Shown: one piece after another, positions 29,180 through 38,811 of the stretch
Layout: every line of letters begins with the position of its first letter
Numbering within the stretch: position 1 is the stretch's first letter
NCBI GenBank assembly: GCA_947085185.1
Contig: CAMTVK010000003.1
Span: forward strand, 64,001 to 128,000
Direction: 5' to 3'
DNA: 64,000 bases
DNA from: Candidatus Fraserbacteria bacterium
Lineage (GTDB): Bacteria; Bipolaricaulota; Bipolaricaulia; RBG-16-55-9; DRXL01
Notes under the pieces: model-generated
The model's input: the letters and a program-made list of their open reading frames with translations, nothing else
What the model was told of the DNA's origin: nothing
Database searches by the model: none
Position numbers and translations under genes: made by a program

Positions 29180-29704
29180 GTGAGAAGATATCTTTGGGTT
29201 CTCGGACTGCTTGTGCTCAATGCTATAGAAGGTTCAGCGCAGGAGCGCGCGCCCAGCCTGGGTGTGGGCGCAAGCTGGATGGAGCTGAAGAATTTTCAGC
29301 CGGCGCTGCCGACGTTTGCGCTCTCCCAGAAAGTTTTGATCTTCTCAGTTCGCGCGGAGACGCTCATCGAGTTTGGCATGGCGTTACGGATGGGGGCGGG
29401 ATGGGGCGTGGCGTTTGAGGGCAGCCCGTTGGGCATAGCCCATTATGAGACGGGGTTGGCGCTCAGTTTTCCGTTTGGGCGGGCGAGCGCGTCGGTGGAG
29501 CTTGGTTCGGGGATCATGCATCTGACGCAGAATACTGAAGAGGCGTGGCGGCTGACGGGCTGGGTGGGTGCAGGAGGGCGCTTCCTGCTCTTCCCCAAGA
29601 TATCCATATTCTTTGACGTTGTGCCCTTGGTGTTGCTCGACTTCAGTCAGCGTGAGCTGCCGTGGGTGTGGAGCTATCGCAGCGGCATGCTGTGGCGCTT
29701 TTAG
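29180..29704 (+). CDS. Small outer-membrane beta-barrel-like protein
   Basis: Signal peptide, about 8 amphipathic strands, terminal WRF. Confidence 0.55.
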   Translation: MRRYLWVLGLLVLNAIEGSAQERAPSLGVGASWMELKNFQPALPTFALSQKVLIFSVRAETLIEFGMALRMGAGWGVAFEGSPLGIAHYETGLALSFPFGRASASVELGSGIMHLTQNTEEAWRLTGWVGAGGRFLLFPKISIFFDVVPLVLLDFSQRELPWVWSYRSGMLWRF

Positions 29705-29733
29705 TCTCCTTGCATCTGATGATATCTTGAGCT

Positions 29734-29961
29734 ATGATGCCAATCGCTATGAACGTCAAAGAGTTAGCACGCCAAGTCAAGAAATTAAGCCCTGAGGAGA
29801 AGTGCTATCTCGTTCAGCTTGTACCGGAGCTGCTTCGTCTCGATGAAGAATTTCTTCTTCATCGCCGGCAGTTGGCACAGGAGGACCTGGAGTGCGGACG
29901 AGCCATCACAGCAGAGGAAGCTCTCGCGAAAGCCAAGGCGAAACGCCGCGCTATCAAGTAG
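29734..29961 (+). CDS. Putative antitoxin (addiction-module type)
   Basis: Small, overlaps the RelE-like ORF; AQEDLECGRAITAEE tail. Confidence 0.65.
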   Translation: MMPIAMNVKELARQVKKLSPEEKCYLVQLVPELLRLDEEFLLHRRQLAQEDLECGRAITAEEALAKAKAKRRAIK

Positions 29962-30236
29962 TCCTCTCTCGTGCTGCCGCCAAAGATCTGCAACAGCTAC
30001 CTCAGAGGCTCATTGATCATCTGCGAAACCGATGCTTTCCAGCTCTTGCTGTTCTCCCTCGCAAGGTGGGGCACCCTAAGCGTGGGCCGTTGGCAGGGCT
30101 CTATAGCTATGATTTTGGCCCTCGTGGAGGCTACCGCGTCGTATATGAGATCTTGGACAGTGACCGACTTGTTCTTGTGATCGCCATTGGCCCACATGAT
30201 CAAGCATACCGACGAGCTGCCCGGAGACGCTCATAA
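29943..30236 (+). CDS. RelE/ParE family toxin, start uncertain
   Basis: YQVVLSRAAAKDLQQL...GPLAGLYSY...YRVVYEI...VIAIGPH. Confidence 0.75.
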   Translation, partial: TPRYQVVLSRAAAKDLQQLPQRLIDHLRNRCFPALAVLPRKVGHPKRGPLAGLYSYDFGPRGGYRVVYEILDSDRLVLVIAIGPHDQAYRRAARRRS

Positions 30237-30239
30237 TCT

Positions 30240-32078
30240 CTAGCTCGCCCGGCGCACGCGGATCTTCCCGCCCGATCTGTGGGCTTCGTAGATTCTCTCG
30301 GCGGGCTCACTCCCGCGCACTAACTTAATACTGCCCGTGCGCGAGACCGACCCGATAAAGACTGGCTCCCCGTCTACTAAGATCTCAATGTTGCGCCCCC
30401 GCAGACTTGGGTCTAAATCTAAGATCACATGCCGGTCGCTCACTTCGATATCTATGTCTTGGTAGAGTGTCGTCTCCATCTCGTCGTAGGAGCGCACGTC
30501 TAAGCCGATGCCCAGCTCCGCTTCCAGCTCCCGAATGCGACTGCCCCCACGCCCTAAGATCATGGGAATCTGATCTTCGTCAACGTAGAGCGTCGCCTGG
30601 CTGTCTGAGCGAATCTCGACGGTGAACGACCCGCGAATGACATGCCGCAGCTCATGCTCCAACGCTTGCGCCGCCAGCCTCCAGACGGGCTTCTCTGCTA
30701 CAACATCCTTGACCGGCATGACCACAACTTGCTCGCCGAAGCTATAGATCTCGTAGACCAGCTCTTTGCTCTCAAACTCCCGAATCTCGATGACCGGGCG
30801 GGCTAAGTCTGTATCCCCCATCCCGCTGGGGACCTTCACCGTGAACTCGACTTCATAAATCTCTTTGACATCGCCGGCTTCGATGAAGACCACCGTGTCT
30901 ACGACTTGAGGGATCATCCCCAAGTCCACGCGCCCGATCAGTCTCTGTACGGCGTCAATGCCTCGGGTGGCGTGGACTACCCCGATCATCCCGACGCCGG
31001 CCAGGCGCATATCAGCAAAGACTTCAAAATCTTCATCCACGCGCATCTCGTCGAAGATTGTGTAGTCCGGGCGGACCAAGAGCAAGACATCAGCAGTGCG
31101 CTTCATTTCGCCGTTGAGGGCAGTGTACTGCGTGATCTCGTCGGAGAGGTCCAGATCGCGGGGTTTTTCCATGGTCTTCAGGATCCAGCCCGCTTCTTGG
31201 AGATATTCGGCGATCCCCTGGACGAACGTGGACTTGCCCGCCCCAGGCGCCCCTGAGACGAGCACCCCGCGCGACCGCTCGCGCAGTCGCTCTTTTAAAA
31301 GATCCGCGTGACGATACTCGTCGAGCTCCTTGCGCACCACCGGGCGGACGATCGTAATCTCTAAAGCGTCGCTGAAGGGTGGGCGCGCGATCGCGACGCG
31401 CAGGTTTTTGAGCTGTACCACGGTGCTGCCCCCCGCGTCCATCTCGATGAACCCTTCGGGATGGCCTCTGGCCAGCTCCACGATCTCGCGCGCGATGCGC
31501 TCGAGTTCTTTCTCAGTCATGGGCTCATCGCGCAGCGGGACGACCTTCATCCGGCCAGGAGCGCCGCGCTTGGCCTTGGGGCGCGCCTTGGCGCGCAGGT
31601 GCACCGACATCGTCTGGTCGTCGAAGAACTGCATGATCGAGAGCTGCTCCAGGCCGCGGCTCCCAGCAGTAGCCCCGAGAAACTGCATGGGCAGCCCTTG
31701 AGCCTCACTGACGATCGCTTGGCTGCGACTGCTTGTCAACAGAATGGCGTTCTCTTCCTCAGCGACGGCGCGGACCATCGCGTGGAGCTCGCCGGTCTCC
31801 ATCAGGCGCAGCGGGTCAAACCGAGGCCGATCCCCCTTAAAAAGAAGCTCGATCTGCCCCTCCCACGCCAGCTGCTGCAGGCGCTTGAGTTCATCCAGCC
31901 CGGCATAGCCTGTCTCTTGGCCCCGCACGGCTTGGGCCTCCAAGAGCGCCAGGACCGCGTTGGGCACTATAAACACAGCATTGGGGAACTTCTTGTTGCG
32001 AATCCCCTCGGTAATGCGACCGTCTACAATGACGCTTGCATCGAGCACGTAGCGCTCGACTCGAGATGCTTCAGCCAT
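30240..32078 (-). CDS. PIN-ATPase-KH protein (archaeal PINA/PINc-VapC ATPase type)
   Basis: YVLDASVIVDG PIN, GAPGAGKST, TMEKPRDL, RPDYTIFDEMR, GRGG KH. Confidence 0.88.
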   Translation of the reverse strand: MAEASRVERYVLDASVIVDGRITEGIRNKKFPNAVFIVPNAVLALLEAQAVRGQETGYAGLDELKRLQQLAWEGQIELLFKGDRPRFDPLRLMETGELHAMVRAVAEEENAILLTSSRSQAIVSEAQGLPMQFLGATAGSRGLEQLSIMQFFDDQTMSVHLRAKARPKAKRGAPGRMKVVPLRDEPMTEKELERIAREIVELARGHPEGFIEMDAGGSTVVQLKNLRVAIARPPFSDALEITIVRPVVRKELDEYRHADLLKERLRERSRGVLVSGAPGAGKSTFVQGIAEYLQEAGWILKTMEKPRDLDLSDEITQYTALNGEMKRTADVLLLVRPDYTIFDEMRVDEDFEVFADMRLAGVGMIGVVHATRGIDAVQRLIGRVDLGMIPQVVDTVVFIEAGDVKEIYEVEFTVKVPSGMGDTDLARPVIEIREFESKELVYEIYSFGEQVVVMPVKDVVAEKPVWRLAAQALEHELRHVIRGSFTVEIRSDSQATLYVDEDQIPMILGRGGSRIRELEAELGIGLDVRSYDEMETTLYQDIDIEVSDRHVILDLDPSLRGRNIEILVDGEPVFIGSVSRTGSIKLVRGSEPAERIYEAHRSGGKIRVRRAS

Positions 32079-32511
32079 ATCTCTCTCCTAACAGGGCGGC
32101 GACCCTCTCCAAAAATTCTCGGTCTTTCTGAGTGAACGCGTGCAGAGTATCGCTATCAATGTCAATCTCTCCCAGCACGTTCGTGCCCTTCATAATGGGC
32201 ACGACGATCTCCGATCTCGTATAGGGAAAGCATGCTAAATATCTGGAGTCGGCGGTGACATCGCCGACGATGACGGTCTTCTTCTCTCGGGCAGCCAGCC
32301 CGCAGATGCCCTTCCCTATGGGGATTCTCGTGTGCTGGGTCGCCTCAGGACCATCCCATGCCTTGAGCACGAGCTCCGAGCCCTCAAGCATATAGATGCC
32401 GACCCAGGTATAGTGCGCTACGTTCTTCCGCAAGAACGAGACGGTCTTCTGCAGGGCTTGCGAGAAATCGAGCTCAGCAATTTCGTCTGTGAGGGTTGTC
32501 AGCAGGTCCAT
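32071..32511 (-). CDS. GAF protein, free methionine-R-sulfoxide reductase-like
   Basis: WVGIY, GKGICG, YLAC, SEIVVP, EIDIDS. Confidence 0.85.
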   Translation of the reverse strand: MDLLTTLTDEIAELDFSQALQKTVSFLRKNVAHYTWVGIYMLEGSELVLKAWDGPEATQHTRIPIGKGICGLAAREKKTVIVGDVTADSRYLACFPYTRSEIVVPIMKGTNVLGEIDIDSDTLHAFTQKDREFLERVAALLGERYG

Positions 32512-32555
32512 AGCGATTCAAGCATATCACGAAGCGATGGGGCTGTGCAAGGGGG

Positions 32556-33965
32556 TCATGGACGGCTTGCCTGCTCGAACGCATACGCCGCCCGCAACAG
32601 TTTCGTCTCTTGGAATTTGTCAGCGATGAGCTGCATCCCAAAGGGCAGCCCCTCGACCCTTCCCCCAGGCACCGAGATCGCCGGGATGCCGGCCAAGCTT
32701 GCCGGTACCGTGAAGATATCCGACAGATACATAGCTAACGGGTCGTTGACCCGTTCGCCAAGCCGAAATGCCGGCGTCGGCGACGTCGGCGAGAGGATGA
32801 TATCTACAGACTGAAAAGCATTCTCGAAGTCTTGGCGAATCAGCGCGCGCACCCGCTGAGCCTTGCCGTACCATGCTTCGTAGTAGCCCGCGCTGAGCGC
32901 GTAAGTTCCAAGCATAATGCGGCGTTTGACTTCCGGGCCAAAGCCCTTATCGCGGCTCTCGGAGAACATCGCCTCCACAGAGTTATCACGGGCTCTCTTT
33001 GAGTAGCGCACCCCGTCAAAGCGGGCTAAGTTAGCGCTCGCCTCCGACGACGAGATCAGATAATACGTGGGGATCGCATACTCCGTATGAGGCAAAGAGA
33101 TCTCTACGATCTCCGCACCAAGCTCTTGGAAAGTCTGCACCCACGACTCGACGCGTGCTTTGGCTTGGCCCGATAGATCTGTGATATATTCTTTGGGCAC
33201 CCCCACGCGAAAGCCCGCAATCTCTTGGCCGAGTTCTTGGGTGTAGTCGGCGCAGGGGCGCTCCAAGCTCGTTGAGTCGTTGGGGTCGCGCCCCGCGAGA
33301 AAATTGAGAAGCAATGCGCAGTCGCGCACGTCTTTGGTCATCGGACCGATCTGATCGAGGGAGCTTGCAAATGCTACGAGCCCATAGCGCGAGACGAGCC
33401 CGTAGGTCGGCTTCAACCCGACGATCCCACAAAACGACGCAGGCTGACGGATCGAGCCTCCTGTGTCTGAGCCCAGAGCGCAGATCGCTTCGTGGGCCGC
33501 GACCGCTGCCGCTGAGCCCCCTGAAGAGCCCCCAGGGACGCGCTCTCTATCGTGGGGGTTGCGCGTGGGGAAGAACGCGCTGTTCTCGGTCGAAGACCCC
33601 ATGGCAAATTCGTCTAAGTTGGTCTTGCCCAGGATCTGCGCTCCTGCGTCCTTCAGTCTCTCTATGACGGTCGCGTCGAAGATTGGCTGAAAATCTTCTA
33701 AAAATCTCGAGGCGCAGGTCGTCTTCAGCTCTTTGGTCGAGATATTATCTTTGACCGCGATGGGCAATCCCCGCAGGGGTTTTTCGCGCAATCGCTCGCA
33801 CTCGTGAAGCATGCGTTCTTTTGGGGCCAGCGAGATATAGGCGTTGATCTGGGGCTCGTGAGCCTCGAGAGCGTGATAGAGCTCTTCAATGACGTCGCGA
33901 GGGTGGATCTCCCTTTTCGCTATGAGGTCGAGCAGTTCATGCAGAGGCCTTTCGTTGAGGTTCAT
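32556..33965 (-). CDS. gatA: Glu/Asp-tRNA amidotransferase subunit A
   Basis: GKTNLDEFAMGSS, GGSSGGS, DTGGSIRQP, LARFDGVRY, RRIMLGTYALSAGYY. Confidence 0.96.
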   Translation of the reverse strand: MNLNERPLHELLDLIAKREIHPRDVIEELYHALEAHEPQINAYISLAPKERMLHECERLREKPLRGLPIAVKDNISTKELKTTCASRFLEDFQPIFDATVIERLKDAGAQILGKTNLDEFAMGSSTENSAFFPTRNPHDRERVPGGSSGGSAAAVAAHEAICALGSDTGGSIRQPASFCGIVGLKPTYGLVSRYGLVAFASSLDQIGPMTKDVRDCALLLNFLAGRDPNDSTSLERPCADYTQELGQEIAGFRVGVPKEYITDLSGQAKARVESWVQTFQELGAEIVEISLPHTEYAIPTYYLISSSEASANLARFDGVRYSKRARDNSVEAMFSESRDKGFGPEVKRRIMLGTYALSAGYYEAWYGKAQRVRALIRQDFENAFQSVDIILSPTSPTPAFRLGERVNDPLAMYLSDIFTVPASLAGIPAISVPGGRVEGLPFGMQLIADKFQETKLLRAAYAFEQASRP

Positions 33966-33975
33966 AAAGATAGAG

Positions 33976-34059
33976 TGCCGAGGGAGGGATTTGAACCCTC
34001 ACGGGATTACTCCCCTACGGTCCTGAGCCGTAGGCGTCTGCCAATTCCGCCACCCCGGC
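33976..34059 (-). tRNA. tRNA-Leu(CAG), CCA not encoded
   Basis: GCCGGGGTGGCGGAATTGGCAGACGC...CTCAGGA...GGTTCAAATCC...CGGCA with a long variable arm. Confidence 0.95.
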
Positions 34060-34120
34060 GCCCTTTTAATTTTAACGCAGGCGACTTGGCCTGTCAAACG
34101 ATTTGAGCTATACTGACTTC

Positions 34121-35011
34121 ATGACCGATGAGTGCTTCGTGATCGTCAATCTTCTGGCGGGGCAGGGGCGGTGCCGGCGCCTGTGGCCCAGGATCGAGCG
34201 TGCGCTCAGAAGCTCTGGGCTTTCGTTTCGGCATATATTCACGGAAGCCCCCGGAGCAGCGATCGAGATTGCCCGCCGCGCTGCTCAAGATTTCTCGGTG
34301 ATCGTTGCCGTCGGCGGTGACGGCACCATTCACGAAGTCGCTACAGGGCTCATGGGCACCTCAACGAAATTGGGGATCATCCCCGCGGGCACAGGGAACG
34401 ACTTCGTCAAGATGCTCGGCATCCCCCCCAAAGATCCCATACGGGCTCTCAAGATCCTCCAGGAGGGGAAGACCAAGTCTGTTGACGTCGGTCGTGTCGG
34501 GGAGAGATATTTTGTCAATGGGCTTGGGGTGGGGCTCGATGGGGCGGTCGCGTGGCGGGTCTTTCGCAGTTGGCGTTGGCCCGCTCTAGCTCGCTGGATC
34601 TATCTCTATGCGGCAGTGCGTGAAGCGCTCTGCTTTCGCAGCTTTGAGCTGGAGATTCGAGCTCCGGACTGGCGAGCGTCGGGCAGACTGATGATGGTGG
34701 GCGCGTCCAACGGACGCTATCACGGCGGGGATTTTAAGCTTGTGCCGGATGCCGAGATTGACGATGGGCTCTTTGACGTCTATATGATCACAGATATGTC
34801 TCCGTTGAGGCGCCTGCGGGAGATCCCCAAGACGCGCCGTGGGGAGCATATTGTGCTTCCGGAGGTGCAGATCAAGCGTGCGCCGTGGATCGAGATTGTT
34901 TCAGAGAATGCGTTGTTAGGGCATCTAGATGGCGAGCCTACGGGGTTTCCCCCAGGGGAGATTCGAGTCGAGCTGGTGCCCAAGGCGCTGGAAGTTATTG
35001 TCGGTGGGTAA
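34121..35011 (+). CDS. Diacylglycerol/lipid kinase family (YegS/DagK)
   Basis: GGDGTIHEV, IPAGTGND, DDGLFD, HLDGE. Confidence 0.92.
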   Translation: MTDECFVIVNLLAGQGRCRRLWPRIERALRSSGLSFRHIFTEAPGAAIEIARRAAQDFSVIVAVGGDGTIHEVATGLMGTSTKLGIIPAGTGNDFVKMLGIPPKDPIRALKILQEGKTKSVDVGRVGERYFVNGLGVGLDGAVAWRVFRSWRWPALARWIYLYAAVREALCFRSFELEIRAPDWRASGRLMMVGASNGRYHGGDFKLVPDAEIDDGLFDVYMITDMSPLRRLREIPKTRRGEHIVLPEVQIKRAPWIEIVSENALLGHLDGEPTGFPPGEIRVELVPKALEVIVGG

Positions 35012-35015
35012 GATG

Positions 35016-35090
35016 TGGAGCGGGCGACGGGATTCGAACCCGCGACACCCGGCTTGGGAAGCCGGTACTCTACCGCTGAGCTACGCCCGC
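35016..35090 (-). tRNA. tRNA-Gly(CCC)
   Basis: GCGGGCGTAGCTCAGCGGTAGAG...TTCCCAA...GGTTCGAATCCC...CTCCA. Confidence 0.97.
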
Positions 35091-35143
35091 ATCTAGGGGT
35101 ATTATAGCATGTCCCTCCTGTAAAGACAAGACCCGAGAAAGCT

Positions 35144-36337
35144 TTAATCTTTGCGCAAGATCTCGATGGGGGGGAGCTTGCGCCCCCCTAAAAATTCTAG
35201 TGTTGCCCCTCCCCCGGTCGAGAAGTGAATATTCCTCGCGTGGGCTAAAGTGCTCCGTCGCAGTGCCGCTGCAGTGTCTCCTCCCCCAATAATAGCGAAG
35301 GCGCCCGAACGGGCAATCGCGTGAGCGACCTCGCGTGTTCCCCTGTCAAAGGGCGGCTGCTCAAACCGCCCCAGCGGACCCGCCCACACGATCGTCTTCG
35401 CCCGAGCGACACGCTCTTGAAAGAGTTTGACCGTCTGCGGGCCGATGTCCCATCCTTGCCAGCCGTCAGGGATCTCATGAGCGGAAGCTACAGCGTGCTC
35501 GAGGCTTTCTGAAGATCCCCGCACGATCTGCACATCAGACGGCAGGACGATCTCCGTCCCATGCTCGCGGGCAGCTCTCAAGCACTGTCGGGCTTCCTCA
35601 AGCATCTCTTCTGAGACAAGGGAGCTCCCCACATGAGCTCCTTGGGCCTTCAAGAGGGTGAACGCCACTCCTCCACCAACGAGAAACGCCTCGACTTTCC
35701 CGATCAAGTCCTTGAGCACCTTGATTTTGTCTGTCAGCTTGGCTCCCCCAACAATAGCCAGAAATGGGCGCTGGGGGTTGTCCACGGCCCGACTGAGCAT
35801 GGTGACCTCGCGCTCCAACAGCAGCCCTGCGGCCGAGGGCAAAAACTTCGCGACCCCGTAGGTGCTCGCGTGGACCCGATGGGCTGTGCCGAACGCGTCG
35901 TTCACGTAGCAGTCGGCCAGACGCGCAAGCTCCCCTGCGAATGCTTCATCGTTGGCCTCTTCTTGGGGATAGAACCGAATGTTTTCTAATAAAATGATAT
36001 CTCCCGGTTTCATCTGAGAGATCTGGTGTTGGACTGCTGGCCCAATGCACGCATCGAGCTTTGTGACTGAGCGCTGGAGTAGTCTTTCGAGATGGCGGGC
36101 CACAGGGTCGAGCCGCAGCTCGGCGACGACCTTGCCCTTGGGGCGCCCCAAGTGCGAGACTAAAATGATTTTAGCGCGATGCTGAAGCAGATATGCGATG
36201 GTGGGCAGGCTCTCACGCAGGCGCGTGTCGTCAGCGACGGCCCCGTCTTGTAAGGGGACATTATAATCTACTCGGACTAAGACCCGTTTGTGAGTGACGT
36301 CGAGCTCGCGCAGGCTACGCAACACTCTATATTCCAC
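35144..36337 (-). CDS. pgk: Phosphoglycerate kinase
   Basis: VRVDYNVP, SHLGRP, LLENIRF, NDAFGTAHR, STGGGA. Confidence 0.97.
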   Translation of the reverse strand: MEYRVLRSLRELDVTHKRVLVRVDYNVPLQDGAVADDTRLRESLPTIAYLLQHRAKIILVSHLGRPKGKVVAELRLDPVARHLERLLQRSVTKLDACIGPAVQHQISQMKPGDIILLENIRFYPQEEANDEAFAGELARLADCYVNDAFGTAHRVHASTYGVAKFLPSAAGLLLEREVTMLSRAVDNPQRPFLAIVGGAKLTDKIKVLKDLIGKVEAFLVGGGVAFTLLKAQGAHVGSSLVSEEMLEEARQCLRAAREHGTEIVLPSDVQIVRGSSESLEHAVASAHEIPDGWQGWDIGPQTVKLFQERVARAKTIVWAGPLGRFEQPPFDRGTREVAHAIARSGAFAIIGGGDTAAALRRSTLAHARNIHFSTGGGATLEFLGGRKLPPIEILRKD

Positions 36338-36842
36338 CCTCGGAGACGAACTTCTTGAAATCGGCGAGCCTCATCTCGCTCTCGACGAAGGCCCTGAAGC
36401 GGTCTTCGTTCTCTTGGGTATCGCCGTGATCTTCGGGGGCAGGCATCTCCACCGCAGCGACCTGGAAGACTTCTTCGGAGATATAGATGGGGCTGCCGCA
36501 TCTTAGAGCGATGGCGATGGAATCGGAAGGCCGCGCATCGATCTCGTGCACGGTGCCGGCCTGATCGCGGACGTGGAGCGTGGCAAAGTACGTAGAATCT
36601 TGAATGCTATCGATCACGACCATATCGAGGTCGCCGCCCAGAGATTTTAAGATCGCTTTCACAAGATCGTGGGCCAGGGGACGGGGAAACTCTTTCTGCT
36701 GCATGATCATGGCGATAGAAGTGGCCTCGGGCTGTCCGATCCAGACGGGCACGACCTTGCCAGACTGCGGGTCGCGCAGCAACAGCACCGGCATATTCTG
36801 CGTGGGGTCCATCACCAGCGCTCTGACTTCAACTTCGCGCAT
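36327..36842 (-). CDS. Bifunctional nuclease family (DUF151)
   Basis: PVWIG..EA, RPLAHDL, IDARPSDSIAIA. Confidence 0.9.
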   Translation of the reverse strand: MREVEVRALVMDPTQNMPVLLLRDPQSGKVVPVWIGQPEATSIAMIMQQKEFPRPLAHDLVKAILKSLGGDLDMVVIDSIQDSTYFATLHVRDQAGTVHEIDARPSDSIAIALRCGSPIYISEEVFQVAAVEMPAPEDHGDTQENEDRFRAFVESEMRLADFKKFVSEGGI

Positions 36843-36976
36843 CGCACACCCTCCTCTCTACTGGAGTCTTGTGACACGCTGATTATAACACGTCCCCCCC
36901 GCAGTGACAAAATGGCCCCGATTACATTCAGGGGGGCCTTGTCAAAGTCTGCTCAAAAGATTATACTCAGAGCCGT

Positions 36977-38809
36977 ATGTGCGGGATCGTCGGCTATGTG
37001 GGGACTCGCCCCGCCAAAGACTTGCTGCTTGAGGCGTTACACAAGCTCGAGTACCGAGGGTACGATTCGGCGGGGATCGCCCTTGTAGAGGGCGATCGTC
37101 TCTATCTTGAGAAGAGCGCAGGGAAAGTCAGCGAGCTGGCAAGACGGCTCACTGCGAGAGTCTCGCATGCGACCGTGGGGCTGGGCCACACCCGCTGGGC
37201 CACCCACGGCCCCCCAACAGACAAAAATGCCCACCCCCACTGCGATTGCCACCAAAGAATCGCTGTGATTCATAATGGGATCATAGAAAACTATCTGCCC
37301 TTCAAAGAAGAACTGACGCGTCGGGGGCATCTCTTTCGCTCCGAGACGGACTCCGAAGTGATCGCTCATCTCATTGAGGAGCACTATGATGGGAAGGATC
37401 TCAAAGAGGCCGTGCGTGCGGCGCTGCAGCACGTGCGCGGCGCGTACGCGATCGCGGTCATCGCCAAAGATTCCCCAGACGAAGTGGTGGTCGCGCGCCA
37501 GGGGAGCCCCTTGGTGCTGGGCTTGGGCCAGCACGAAAACTTCGCGGCCTCCGATATCCCCGCGCTCCTGAACTTCACCCGAACAGTGCTCTTCCTCAAC
37601 GACGGCGAGCTGGCCCTCTTAACAAGAGACTCTGTCGAGATCTTTGACTTCGCTGGACATGCGATCAGTCGCGCCCCCACACGCATCGAGTGGGACGTCT
37701 TGACTGCCCAAAAACAGGGCTATAAGCACTTCATGCTCAAGGAGATCCATGAGCAAAGCGCAGCCGTCGCCCATACCCTGCAGAATCGCTACGAGCTCTC
37801 TTCCGGGAAGATCGTGCTTGCGGAGCTGGCAGAGCTCACCGAAGAGATTCAGCGCGCTCAGATGGTCTATTTAGTAGCAATGGGAACGGCATACTACGCC
37901 GGGCTGACGGCAAAATATCTCTGGCGCGAGTTTTTTAGAATCCCCATCGCCGTAGAGCTCGCCTCGGAGTTCCGCTACAGCAAGCCGTATCTGGACAGAA
38001 ATACTCTGGTCATCGCGATCTCGCAGTCAGGAGAGACCGCCGACACTTTGGGAGCGGTGCGCTTGGCCCGCGACCAGGGAGCTGCGGTGCTCTCGCTCGT
38101 CAATGTCGTGGGCTCGACGCTCACCCGCGAGTCGGATGCGACGCTCTACACCCACGCCGGCCCAGAGATCGGGGTCGCCTCAACGAAAGCGTTCTGCGCG
38201 CAAGTGGCAGCCCTCAATCTCTTGGGATTCGCTATAGCGCAATCGCGAGGCTGGCTCTCCCCAGCCCAGACCCGTCCAGCGTTAGAGAGCTTAGTCTGCG
38301 GGCCGGCCCTCATCGAGAAGCTCCTCCAACAAGAGAGAGAGATCGCGCGCTTGGCCCAGATCTTCTACGAGAAAGAGCACTTTCTCTTTCTGGGGCGCGA
38401 TCTGCTCTACCCCATCGCGCTGGAGGGGGCGCTCAAGCTCAAAGAGATCTCGTACATTCACGCCGAGGGCTACGCCGCCGGAGAGCTCAAGCACGGCCCG
38501 ATCGCGCTCATTGACGCCGCGATGCCTACGGTCGTGCTCGTGACCAAAGAGAGCGTTCCCGAAAAAGTCTGTGCCAATATCGAAGAAGTCAAAGCGCGTC
38601 GGGGTATTGTCATCACGGTCACCGATCACATAACAAAAGAGATCGAGCGCGTCTCGGACTTTCTTGTAGAGATCCCGCAGAGTTCGCGCTGGCTGGCCCC
38701 GATGCTCTTCGTCGTGCCCCTGCAGCTCTTTGCGTATCACATCGCGGACCTGCGGGGCACCGACGTGGACCAGCCCAGAAACTTAGCCAAGAGCGTCACG
38801 GTGGAGTAG
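36977..38809 (+). CDS. glmS: Glutamine-fructose-6-phosphate aminotransferase
   Basis: MCGIVG, EYRGYDSAG, HTRWATHG, PRNLAKSVTVE. Confidence 0.98.
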   Translation: MCGIVGYVGTRPAKDLLLEALHKLEYRGYDSAGIALVEGDRLYLEKSAGKVSELARRLTARVSHATVGLGHTRWATHGPPTDKNAHPHCDCHQRIAVIHNGIIENYLPFKEELTRRGHLFRSETDSEVIAHLIEEHYDGKDLKEAVRAALQHVRGAYAIAVIAKDSPDEVVVARQGSPLVLGLGQHENFAASDIPALLNFTRTVLFLNDGELALLTRDSVEIFDFAGHAISRAPTRIEWDVLTAQKQGYKHFMLKEIHEQSAAVAHTLQNRYELSSGKIVLAELAELTEEIQRAQMVYLVAMGTAYYAGLTAKYLWREFFRIPIAVELASEFRYSKPYLDRNTLVIAISQSGETADTLGAVRLARDQGAAVLSLVNVVGSTLTRESDATLYTHAGPEIGVASTKAFCAQVAALNLLGFAIAQSRGWLSPAQTRPALESLVCGPALIEKLLQQEREIARLAQIFYEKEHFLFLGRDLLYPIALEGALKLKEISYIHAEGYAAGELKHGPIALIDAAMPTVVLVTKESVPEKVCANIEEVKARRGIVITVTDHITKEIERVSDFLVEIPQSSRWLAPMLFVVPLQLFAYHIADLRGTDVDQPRNLAKSVTVE

Positions 38810-38811
38810 CT

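Noticed and set aside
33976..35090. tRNA-targeted integrated island
   Set aside because: No duplicated tRNA 3' ends or integrase seen; the flanks are housekeeping genes
36843..36976. glmS ribozyme
   Set aside because: No consensus; TTGTCA-17-TATACT lies 9 nt before the ATG, leaving no leader
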